Of a stretch of 64,000 bases of DNA, positions 40,301-51,289 are shown piece after piece. The notes under the pieces are model-generated. The model ran no database searches and was not told where the DNA came from. It worked only from the letters and a program-made list of their open reading frames with translations. The position numbers were made by a program, and so were the translations under genes. Within the stretch, counting starts at the first letter, position 1. Each line of letters begins with the position of its first letter. The stretch covers positions 744,001-808,000 of the forward strand of contig CM074812.1 of the NCBI GenBank assembly GCA_037447605.1, in the 5' to 3' direction. The stretch is from Zygnema circumcarinatum SAG 698-1b (taxonomy: Eukaryota > Plantae > Zygnematophyceae).

Positions 40301-43300
40301 TGAGAGTAAAAGAGGGAGAGAGAGCGAGTGAGAGTTAGGGGGTGAGTGAGAGTAAGAGAGGGAGAGAGAGCGAGCCGCATAGGCAAATGTTTACTAATAT
40401 TTAAAGACTAATGTTGCTCACCTATGATATGGCTTAACCCAACAGCACCATCTCCCCCCCCCTCCAGCAACATGCTGGGAAGGTTGAGAGTCTTTACTGT
40501 AGCCACTCCCTCCATAGCCTGTAGCAAAGCAGCCCCCACCTGCATCTGTCCACAGTTTGACCCCCCACTAAGCAGAACCCTGAACCCTCTGCCGATACTT
40601 CCTCCAAGTATGCCCTTCCCCATATCAAACCCCTTCTCCTCCTCGCTCGCACTTTCGCAATTCTCTTCAATGATGTTTTTCTTATGATAGCTTTCAATAT
40701 GCTTCCGTTGCCCCTCCGCTACATTCATCTGTGCGTTTGAATGGTGGACCCCATTTGCCCCCACTTTGTATCCTTTTGCCATGCTTTCCACTCTCTCCCC
40801 ATCTCCCACACTCCCTTCCACGAGTCCTGCCTTTTGCAGTGCACTCAAAGCCATAAGAGAGAGCTGCTGCTCAACCTCCTCTGAACCCATCTCACAGTCA
40901 CTACTGCCAATGCTCTCCATCTTTTGGAGCAGAGATAGACAGACTTGGGCTGCAGGTGGCGGCAATATAACTCCACTTTTTTCATGTATTTCAAGAAGAA
41001 TCTTTGCCAAAGGATCAGCTAGCAAAGGGCCCAAATATTCAGGCAGACCTCCCACCGTTGTCTCCTTCAAAGCTGCAGCAGAATGTCGCTTAGAGCATGG
41101 ATTCGGAGCATCTTTCAATGCAGCTGCCCAATCTGAAGGTGACACTTGTACTTGCATGAAAAGTGGCAGCTTTCCCATGTTTTTCTGTGACAAAGGTCCT
41201 GAATTATTGACTTCTCTCTTCAATAAACCCTCTCCCCTCTCTCCCTCCTTTTCCTCCTGCAGCTTTCTGGCTAACTCTCCCCCTGTGAGACTCTTTCCAA
41301 GAGGGTGCATCTTCCTTAGCCCAGCCATGGCTGCTGCTGAACAAAGGGCCCTCAAATCAGCTCCTGCAAAGCCAACTGTTGCTTTGGCAATGGCAGCAAT
41401 GAGCTTCTGAGAAGGAGGAAAGGGCCAAGTTTTCGTATGCAGTTTGAGAATCTCAGCTCTATCAGCAGTAGATGGCAATGGAAAGTGAATTTCTCTGTCA
41501 AATCTACCCGGTCTTCGGAGTGATGGGTCTATAGCAGAAAGTCGATTTGTTGCTCCAATTACTACTACAGAGCCCCTAGAATAGAGACCATCCATTAGGG
41601 CTAAAAGGGTGCTAACTACTGAAGCTTGAGTCTGATCTTCATGCCGACCAGTGCGAACAGGGGCAAGTCCGTCAATCTCGTCAAAGAAGATGATGGAAGG
41701 TTGGTTTTCCTCTGCCACCTGAAAGAAGGTCAGGAAAACTGCGGCCATATTCAGTTGGACCAGGCAGAGTTTGGAATCCTGACTTCTCCAAAAAAAAAAA
41801 AAAAAAAAATGGCGAATTGAAAAATATAATAGATCTAAGAATTCTGTGAGAATGTCATATATATATCTGTATGGAGGCTAATTCCACCCCTTCTTCTCAA
41901 CTCAGTACCCCTCAGAAGTGAAGAGTCTATGGGAGGTAGTGTCCTTGGAAGTTAGAAGCAAAGGTTTTCACAGAGTTAGCAAAAGGATGGTAAGACATTA
42001 GGAGATATGGAAAATCAAATTCTATGTTCTGAAAAAGGAGCAAACGTTAGCCGAGCCGGGAGTTGAACCCGGAACCTGTCCGATGCTAGTGGACATGCAC
42101 TACCACTAAGCTACCCAGCCATAGCAAAGTCTCTCTCTCAACTCAGTTGAATGAACGTGAAACCCCCTCTCCAATTCACTAATTGAGAGTAAGAACTCAA
42201 TCTCGACTAGCCATCAACAAGATCAACAAGATGGAGGTCAAACTTGGAGGAGGCTAATGCAGGACACTAAGTGAATGAAGGCTCAGAGCAAGAAATTTCA
42301 GTAGGGTAGTAACCCCCAATTCGCCTTCACCTCTAGTGCAGCATGCATGCATGAATGCATGCATATCTTTTGTTGGGTAAGAGGCAGGAATACCTTAAGT
42401 ATGATACGATTGAGTAAGACAGAATCTCCTGGACCTTGTTAACATGCTCATTGGAATAAACAATCTGCTTACGTGACAGCCGTACTCAGTTCTTGCTAGT
42501 GAACAAGTCTACAGAATGCTTTCTTTCATCCTGCTCCTTCAGCTAAAGATTGCTCACTTTGCCAAAAAGTCGTTAACCGCACTTAATTCCTTCGTTTGGT
42601 ACAAACAGCAAGACGATAACAGTGGCATCTACGAACAAATAACTTTCAGCCGTTACATGCAGTTGAATCCCTTCAGAGTTTTCCATTGAACTGACCTGAA
42701 ACAGCAGCCGCAGTTGCCGTTCTGCATCTCCAACATATTTCCCAAGACAGTCTGCTCCATTCCTCGCAAAGAAGGCAACTTGGCGAGACCCCTTTGCACA
42801 CTCTTGAGCAAGGGCTTTGGCAACAAGGGTTTTACCAGTCCCGGGAGGTCCATATAGGAGCACCCCTCTTGGAGGGGTAATGTTTCTACCTTCAAAAAAC
42901 TCCGGATAAAGGAGAGGCAAAGTCACCATTTCTTTCAAAGATTCGACAACATTCCTCAGACCTGCTACGGAATTCCAACCACTGCAGTCCTTAGACTCAA
43001 AACAGGGAAAGTTTGGTCTTGTGCTACTACTACCCTTCTTTGAAATCACTTTATCGTGATGTTGTTCACCTTTTCCACTTCCTTCCCCTTCCTTTCCAAC
43101 ATGTGCAGCTTCCGTCCCTTCATCACATGCTTGCTGCTTTGATTCACTGCCTCTATGCTTGCCAGATGCTTCTTCTACATGCTCCACTCTCTTCTCGCCT
43201 TCAGCATTTCTATTTTCGTAATCCACTTCTTCAACCCTTTGCCTCTTTCTGACATTAGCAATACTTTCACTCCCGTTCATTAAACGATGTATTCTCCGAC

Positions 43301-46300
43301 GTTGGCCCCACCATGGACCCCTTTCCTTCAGCCAAACATCCCATTTCCCACCCAAGTTCCATTGTTTCTCCTCATCCATCCATCTCATTTCAAACTCCAT
43401 CTCATTCCCCTGCTGCCTACTATCCAATTTCTCTCCCTGCCCTCTCCATCTCTTCACTCCTCTAGCATAACCGTTTCTCCTCTCTACGCTCCTCCAACCA
43501 TCTACCACATTACTCGTCCCACATTCTTTCCCTCTCAACTGTCTATTAACCCCACATGCTCTCCCTCTTTCTCTACCTCCCCCTCCAAGTATGACTGGCA
43601 CAAGTCGAGCTAAGTCCCTATCCAATCTCCGCTGCTGCCTCTTCCTAAAGTCTTCATCATCTCCTGCTGCTTCTGCCCTCCTCTCCTCCACTTCCAAGTC
43701 CTTAGCCGCTGCTGCAGCTGCAGCAACCCTCCTTTCGGCTATAATACGTACAAGTTTCCGTACATTCTCTCCTCCATGCATGGTGGGAAATCGTGCTAGC
43801 TGAGCCCATAATGTGAGGGGTCGCTTTCTTTTGCGAGGGAAATGCTTCTTCTGATGCTCTTGACATGTGAGAAGGTATTTGTCATGATCAAACAGACAGC
43901 CTTCAAGACGGCCACATGGCTGTCATTCAAACCAAATGCAACAGAATACAGTAGAGGATGAGTGAAGGAACACCATTCAAAGTATTGGATCTTAAAAGTT
44001 ACACAGTGCTAATACTAATGTATGAAGTATATATATATGTATACATATGTGTATACATATACTTATATGTATATGTAGTATATATATATGTGTATGTATG
44101 TATGAAGTGCGTTCGTTCGTGAAAGCCCCAACCTATGTGGCTCAACAAACGAAGACCTGGCGACCAAAGATTCTCACTTTGTGGTCCTTCAAGTCCACAG
44201 CAAACACAACAACTAGTTGCAAGTTCCCGCCATCACTCTCGAGGATTGCAAAGCCCTCTGTCCTTTTCAACCTTTAGAAAACCCGCCTCCCTCTCTCCCT
44301 GTGCCTCCCTCCCTCGCTGTGTCTCCCTCCCTCTCCCTCTCTCTAAGAGCTGTGAGGTACACCTACGAGGTGATACGTTCGCGGGCAGCGGTCCACGTGG
44401 CAGCCCAGCGTGGCTCCCCGCATTCCGCAGCGCGTGCACCGCAGGTTGCGTCCTCTGCGCGCGGCGGCCCGCACGTGCCGGAGCTGGCCGACGCCGCAGA
44501 AGTAGACCTGCAAAACAGAACAGAACAGGACAGTAATCAAGCAGCAGATCATTAATCAGCACGTTATTAAGCAGCACTCTGCTAAGACTCAGCAATGGCC
44601 CTCGGTTTACAGCTAAGGTTATGCTGGGGATGAGGCTAGAGAAAGAGTTTGGGTTAGAGTTGTGATAGGGTTAGGGTTAGGGTTAGGATTAGGGTTAGGG
44701 TTAGGGTTAGGGTTAGGGTTAGGGTTAGGGTTAGGGTTAGGGTTAGGGTTAGGGCTAGGGTTAGGGTTAGGGTTAGGGTTAGGGTTAGGGTTAGGGCAAG
44801 AGTTAGGCTAAGGTTCCTGTTAGTTCTAGAGTTCGGATTACTTAGAATTGAGTTCACAGTTTTGGTTAATGCTGCGGCTATGGCTGACACCACGCTTAGC
44901 GATGAGATTAGGGTTACGAACAGAATCAGGATAAGGGTTAGGGTTAGGGTTGTGAAGACAGTAACGTAGGGCTACGACTAGAGGGTTAGGGTTACAGCTC
45001 AGTTACGGTGAAGCCTGGGGCTGTTGTTAGAGTGAAAGTTAGCTTCGAGCGAAGGTTAGGGTTGAATATAATCTGTTAGCTTAGGGCTAGGGTTAGGATT
45101 AGGTTAAGGCTTAACATTAGAGTCGGGGTTGGGCTTGACTAGGGTTAGGGTCAGGTTAGGGTTGGGGTGAATATAAGGCTTAGGATTAGGGTTGGGATGA
45201 GGGTAAGACTTAGGGTTAGGATTAGGGTTTAGGGTTAGCCATAGGGTTAGCTATAGAATCAAAACTAGGATAAGTGCTCGGTCGCTTCTGCATTGCTGAT
45301 AAGTAGAGCCTTTAGCGTTGGAACATGAAAAGCTCCGCACTGTCCGCTACACCCTAAACCCCCAACCCTAACCCCAACCCTAATCCCAAACCCTACCCCC
45401 AAATCCTGAACCCTTCACCCTAACCCTAACTCCAACCCTAATCCCAAACCCTACCTCCAAATCCTGAACCCTTCACCCTAACCCTAACCCCAACCCTAAT
45501 CCCAAACCCTACCTCCAAATCCTGATCCCTTAACCCTAAACCTCCAACCCTAGTCCCAAACCCTACCCCCAAACCCTGAACACCAACCCTAACCCCAACC
45601 CTAATCCCAAACCCTACCCCCAAACACTGAACACCAACCCTAATCAGCAACCCTAATCCCAAACCCTTCCCCAAAACCCTGAACACCAACCCTAACCCCC
45701 AACCCTAATCCCAAACCCTACCCCCAAATCCTGAACCCTTCACCCTAACCCTAACCCCAACCCTAATCCCAAACCCTACCTCCAAATCCTGAACCCTTCA
45801 CCCTAACCCTAACCCCAACCCTAATCCCAAACCCTACCTCCAAATCCTGATCCCTTAACCCTAAACCTCCAACCCTAGTCCCAAACCCTACCCCCAAACC
45901 CTGAACACCAACCCTAACCCCAACCCTAATCCCAAACCCTGAACACCAACCCTAACCCCAACCCTAATCCCAAACCCTACCCCCAAACACTGAACACCAA
46001 CCCTAACCCCCAACCCTAATCCCAAACCCTACCCCCAAACACTGAACACCAACCCTAATCAGCAACCCTAATCCCAAACCCTTCCCCAACCCTAATCCCA
46101 AACCCTACCTCCAAATCCTGATCCCTTAACCCTAAACCTCCAACCCTAGTCCCAAACCCTACCCCCAAACCCTGAACACCAACCCTAACCCCAACCCTAA
46201 TCCCAAACCCTACCCCCAAACCCTGAACCCAACCCTAACCCCCAACCCTCCCAAAACCCCCAAACACAACCCTAACCAGCAACCCTAATCCCAAACCCTA

Positions 46301-47136
46301 CCCCCAAACACTGAACACCAACCCTAACCAGCAACCCTAATCCCAAACCCTTCCCCAAAACCCTGAACACCAACCCTAACCCCCAACCCTAATCCCAAAC
46401 CCTACCTCCAAATCCTGATCCCTTAACCCTAAACCTCCAACCCTAGTCCCAAACCCTACCCCCAAACCCTGAACACCAACCCTAACCCCAACCCTAATCC
46501 CAAACCCTACCCCCAAACACTGAACACCAACCCTAACCAGCAACCCTAATCCCAAACCCTACCCCCAAACACTGAACACCAACCCTAACCAGCAACCCTA
46601 ATCCCAAACCCTTCCCCAAAACCCTGAACACCAACCCTAACCCCCAACCCTAATCCCAAACCCTTCCCCCAAACCCTTTTCCCTCAACCTTAAACCCGGA
46701 GTACCTCGGGGCTCCAGATGGCGCACTCCCGATGCACCCACACGCCCGCCACGCCGATCCTCTCGCTCAGAGGGCCGAGCAGCGGCCCGAGCCAGCCCGG
46801 CCCGTCGGTGAACCCCGAGTCGTGCTCCATGTGCTGCCACGTGTCCCTGCCCTGCGCCTGCCCCGTCTCCCTGCTCTCACCATGGCCCTGCGGCGGATGG
46901 AGTAGCTCCCATGGCGGCTCTCCGTCGGCCCCGCCGCCGCAGAAGCCGCAACACGGGCCCACCGGGGAGAGGCTGCCAGCTCGACGCCCTGAACCCTCGC
47001 TCGCCTTCTCTAGGGCTTTAGGCCTGGATGCCACATTCACAGCTACCTCCCTGTCCCCATCAACCTTCTCCTCCTCCTCCTCCTTCTCCGCCTTCTCCTC
47101 CTGCTGCTCCGAAACCGCTGCCACTCCCGTCGCCAT
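37384..47136 (-). CDS. PHD-like (HC5HC2H) zinc finger + AAA+ ATPase, ATAD2/Yta7-related, most like plant BRP1 (At3g15120-type); 3' end runs toward the gap at 37030-37129
   Basis: CGFCGGGADGEPP..SGFTDGPGWLGPLLGP..VWVHRECAIWSPE|VYFCGVGQLRHVRAA..RCTRCGMRGATLGCHVDRCPRTYHL|PC; Walker A PPRGVLLYGPPGTGKT; GADCLGKYVGDAERQLRLLFQ; Walker B IIFFDEIDGLAPVR; GATNR..LRRPGRFDRE; degenerate second AAA (DARRSAPCILFMPRVETWA). Confidence 0.92.
39905..40375. repeat. GA/GAGT compound minisatellite filling an intron
   Basis: Seen directly. Confidence 0.9.
42049..42120 (-). ncRNA. tRNA-like element (AGC in the anticodon loop; tRNA-Ala-derived pseudogene or SINE head) in an intron of the AAA ATPase gene
   Basis: GGCTGGG-TA-GCTTAGTGGTAGTGC-A-TGTCC-ACTAGCATC-GGACA-GGTT-CCGGG-TTCAACT-CCCGG-CTCGGCT. 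It has an A box, a B box, a perfect T stem, an acceptor stem with three G-U pairs, and TTTTT about 12 nt downstream. Confidence 0.65.
44620..45250 (+). repeat. TTAGGG-type array (near-perfect ~21 units at 44666-44796, degenerate beyond)
   Basis: Seen directly, in the 3' half of intron 1 of the AAA ATPase gene. Confidence 0.95.
45350..46695 (-). repeat. Higher-order satellite (~38-50-bp units) built from CCCTAA-like monomers
   Basis: Units such as CCCTAACCCCAACCCTAATCCCAAACCCTACCCCCAAATCCTGAA recur with block-level duplications. Confidence 0.92.
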
Positions 47137-47159
47137 CCAGCGGAGCGCGGGGCTGAGAG

Positions 47160-47440
47160 GCCCTGAACCCTAACCCTAAGCCCTAAACCCTAAACTGTAC
47201 ACCCTACACCCTGAACCCTAAACCCAAAACCATGAAGCCTAAACCCCACACCCTACACCCTAAACCCTGCACCCTAAACCCTAAACCCTAAACCTTATAC
47301 CCTACACCCTGAACCCTGAACCCTAAACCCGAAACCCTCTACTCTAAACCCTACACCCTAAACCCTGAACCCTAAACCTTGAACCCTAAGCCTTAAACCC
47401 TAAACCCTGAACTTCCCCGGGCGACCCTGAACCCTAGAAC
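47160..47440 (-). repeat. Degenerate (CCCTAAA/CCCTGAA/CCCTACA)n array directly upstream of the AAA ATPase ATG
   Basis: Seen directly. Confidence 0.9.
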
Positions 47441-49069
47441 GCCCCTTCTTTAAGATCCCGTGCAACCCTCAACCTCTCCCTTAAAACGGCCCTTCTACTT
47501 CACGGACCACAGTCGAGCCTCGTCCAATGTAGAATTGCCACGTGTACATGGAAAGCCACTTTTAAACAACTGTACACGTGGCGGCCTCGTATTGGACCAC
47601 GATTCAGCGCAATCCGCCAATGAGAACGCTCCAAGAGCAGTATGCGCACACCCTAGACCCTCCCTCGGGCAGCGATTGGTGCCGTACCGTGACACACTTG
47701 TGTCTGTACCGTTCCGTACCTTTTTTCATACGGACTGAAATGAAAGAGCCGGGCAGCTAAAAGGTTCATTTTGAACCGTCGCAAGGCAACCATTGGCGTG
47801 GTACCGAATCAACCATTGGGCATGCGCTGGTGGCAACCATAGGATTCAACGGCCAACCATTGGCCGTTGAATCCAACCCAACCCTTGCCATCCAATAGTT
47901 GTCCAACGCTTAGTCTGACCTGTGCGCCAGTTGGATACAAACCTTCTGCTCGTGCAAGCCGGTTGAAAGCCGAAGGGGCGCGCCTTTTTTTACACAGACA
48001 GCGCCAACTAGAAACCGCCACGTGGCTTCACATTGGCCGACATTTCGTTGCAGCTTTTTTTGTGAAGTTCTGAAACTAGGGTTTCGGTTTGACAGAAAAA
48101 ACTTGGGTATGAGAGCCAGGGCTGCTGCAGGGGAGGGAGACGGACAGGTGCGGATTAGGTTAAAAAAATTGCAATTTTTTGTATTGACATGCAATATACA
48201 TGCGTCCATCACATGCAATATAAATTTATTTTATCAATATATATATATTTTTTTCCTTGGCTTACCTGCCCGAGTGCACGTTTTGTACTCCAAGCAGCGG
48301 GGGCTTGAACTGGTTGCATCGCATCGTCTGAATTTCTTTGATTTTTGGTTTGCCTTCCTCTCATTGTTGAACACTCTCCCATTCCCACTCGCGTAAGGTA
48401 CATCTTGTTTTCCTTCTCACATTTTTTTTTGCTTGTTTGTGACCCTGCATTTTCCGATATCTATTTTCATTGTTATGTTCTCAACTACTGCGACACTGCC
48501 TCATGTCCACACCATGTCATCTTCGCTTTCTCTCATTCAGATCCTTCTGCAAAGTTAGTTTTTGCCTCTCCACTCGTTTTGTTGCACTGCCCCCTCCTTC
48601 AATCTCGAGCTCCTCTCATAAGCCTCTCCCTTTCAGAAGCCATTTTTCGCTCGACCTTGACCTTTGGCTTGCTGACTCCTTCTCTTGCAGTTTGTTGCAA
48701 TGTTCTTTCGCACTGTGGAAGCACGCCAAGAAGCTGGCTAGGAAGCTCAGGTAGGAGAGAGGAGAGAGAGGAGAGAGAGAGGGAGAGAGAGAGGAGAGAG
48801 AGAGGGAGAGAGAGAGGAGAGAGAGAGGGAGAGAGAGAGGAGAGAGAGCGAGGAGAGAGAGAGAGAGGAGAAAGAGGAGAGAGGGAGGGAGAGAGAGGAG
48901 AGAGAGAGAAGAGAGAGAGAGAGAGAAGAAAAAGAGAGAGAGGGGAGAGAAGAGAGAGAGAGAGGAGAGAGAGGGAGAAGAGAGGAGAGAGAGGAGAGAG
49001 TGAGGGAGAGAGAGGAGAGAGAGAGAGGAGAGAGAGGAGAGAGAGAGAGAGGGTCCCTCTCCGCAAGAG

Positions 49070-49972
49070 ATGGAGGAGGAGGACGCCAAGCTTGAGCAGA
49101 GCAATCCGAGCAATGCGATCGAAGGAGTGGCTGATGAACCTTCAAGCGCATCAGCGGGAAAGACACAGCCGGCGATGAATGATTTAAACAATGCAGAGAG
49201 CAGCCGAAATTATTGGAGCCTACAGGAGTCGCTCATTCTCATCGAAGCAATGAAGCAGGAGCATATTGAAGGACTTGAGGCTGAAGCCAAGGGGCCAAGC
49301 AAAACCGCAAAGGATAAGTTTGATGATATTGTGAAGGCCTTGGCTAGAGCAGGGATAGTGAAAAGTGCACTTAAATGTAAAAATCGATGGCATTATTTGC
49401 TGAGGGACTACAGGAAAATCAAGGACTTCAAAATAAGTGACCGTCCTTCGTACTACTCCATGTCCATGGACACCAGGAAGGAGTATGGGCTGCCAAGCAA
49501 ATTAGACAAACAAATCTTTGAGGCATTGGACAGCTGGATGGCTAGAGACGCCATTACAGGTCCGCTTCTTATCGTTGACAACGGCGATGTGCGAAGGCAT
49601 GTGCAGAAGGAGCAAGATGCGCATGTCGAGATGGGGAATGGGCAAGTGGAGCATGCGCAGATTGAGGAGCGAGTTGCAACTGCGGAGAATGGCACTCGCC
49701 GCAAGCGAAAGCGAGCACGAGAGAGGAGGGTGCCTGAAAGGGAGGAAGATGTTGCTGCTGAGAGTGCTTCTACGCAAAATGCCATTATTCAGCTGCTGAA
49801 TGATATACGTAAAGACGCAAGGATTTTTCATCGTGAAAATTTGGAGTCACACGAAGCTTTTAGGCGAGTCATATCTGAAGTCTCCAGCCAATTGCTTGAC
49901 ATGAGCGACAGAATTGTGCAGGTTGCTTTTGGATTGCAAGAAACTTTGAATAGACGAACAGGGGAGACTTAG
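49070..49972 (+). CDS. Trihelix (Myb/SANT-like DNA-binding) protein, ASR3/SH4-like, single coding exon, 300 aa
   Basis: WSLQESLILIEAM..DKFDDIVKAL..KSALKCKNRWHYLLRDYRKIKDF..SYYSMSMDTRKEYGLPSKLDKQIFEALD, a basic NLS RRKRKR and a C-terminal coiled coil. A probable GA-filled 5'UTR intron spans 48751-49067. Confidence 0.88.
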   Translation: MEEEDAKLEQSNPSNAIEGVADEPSSASAGKTQPAMNDLNNAESSRNYWSLQESLILIEAMKQEHIEGLEAEAKGPSKTAKDKFDDIVKALARAGIVKSALKCKNRWHYLLRDYRKIKDFKISDRPSYYSMSMDTRKEYGLPSKLDKQIFEALDSWMARDAITGPLLIVDNGDVRRHVQKEQDAHVEMGNGQVEHAQIEERVATAENGTRRKRKRARERRVPEREEDVAAESASTQNAIIQLLNDIRKDARIFHRENLESHEAFRRVISEVSSQLLDMSDRIVQVAFGLQETLNRRTGET

Positions 49973-50557
49973 ACGGGTGTAATGAGAGACAACTTGGTAA
50001 CTGTCAAGGTAATAGCTGAGAAAGTGAGAGGGAGAGAGTTATACGTATATATAGTAGAGAGTGAGGAGAAGGGGAGGAGGCGAAGAGGAAGGGGAGGGGG
50101 AGGGCAAGGGGGAAGGTGAGGGAGAGAGTGTAAAGGGGGGAGAGAGGAGGGGTAGAGTGTCGTCAGTGTATGAGTGAGAGAGACAGAGAGATGGAATTCT
50201 TTGTTTAGTATCGAGGAGAGATGGAGCGGGAGAGAGCGCAATTGAGGGTTTCCTTGTATAGTATGGAGGAGAGAGAGGGAGAGAGGGCGTAGTGAATGCT
50301 TTCTTTGTGCAATATTGGAGGGGGGAAAGAAGCGAAAGAGAGAGGGCACAGGCTGCTTTCACTGTATATCGAGTGACTTTGCCTTCTGGCTGTGGAAGAG
50401 AGGTGCAATGAAAACTAGCAAAATAACTTCACAACCACAATAATAAGTATTGAAGCAAAGAGTTAACTAGCGTAATCACTCATGCCTCTAATTTTTCATT
50501 TTGTTTCCAGAAGTATAGGCAGCAGTTACTTCATTGTTACGTGCCATCTCAACCGGA

Positions 50558-50672
50558 CGGTTTTCATTCAACTGGTTGAAGCTGGTTGAAATACTTAGGG
50601 GCGAAGGTTGCAAACTTTCCGCCTCAGTTTTCAACTCCGGTGCTTCAACCAGATGGAAAAAAGTTGAACCGT
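50558..50672. mobile_element. Small imperfect inverted repeat (ACGGTT...CTGGTTGAAGC / GCTTCAACCAG...AACCGT), MITE-like
   Basis: The arms are complementary over ACGGTT and CTGGTTGAAGC. No clear TSD. Confidence 0.4.
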
Positions 50673-51289
50673 GAAACCCGCAGCCTCTGGATCCTGTGGT
50701 TTTAGTCCCTCGATAAAGTCAGTAACATTTGCAGCTTTAACAAGTGCTTACATTTCAAAGTAAAACCAGTTCGATAAAGACATAAAAGATGGCGAGTTCC
50801 GAATTTTTGTACAGTATTATAACTTTAACAAGGCCCAATCGGAGCTCGTCACGTCGGACAGAGTGTACCGTGGCCGCCTGAACGCCATGCCTTTCAAAGT
50901 TTCAAGGTAAAAACCAAAGAGTGTATGGACCTAGGCCACTTCACGCGTGTGGCCAATTGTAGCTCGACACGTGTTCAATTATGACGTGGCGGTCCAACAT
51001 TGGCCCATTCCATCTACCTCTGAGTTTTGGAGAAAAAACTTTCTCTCAGAAAAGTTTCCATTACCTTGTTAAAGTTAAACTAGCACCTCGGTAAAATTAA
51101 ATCACCCCTTTGTATGTGAAATTAGAGCCAAACATCAGCCAATAGTGAGATGCCACGTGAGCAAGTATACACGTGGCGATCCGTGATTGGACGATGGGCA
51201 AGTTTGGCATCACTAGCGTAGCGCACAGCGGAGTGAGTAGGGCTCCTGTCACCCCTCGCGCGCTTCGTTGCTTGAGGAGGAGGGCAGTC

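Noticed and set aside
44620-46695. Ancient telomere-telomere chromosome fusion (TTAGGG then CCCTAA orientation)
   Set aside because: The arrays lie inside one intron of a conserved gene whose flanking exons join in frame (WSPE|VYF), which a fusion of two chromosome ends cannot explain.
37384-47136. Calling the ATPase BRAT1/ATAD2 proper or CDC48
   Set aside because: No bromodomain is recognisable and it has an N-terminal PHD-like finger, which fits the BRP1-type paralogue. No symbol assigned.
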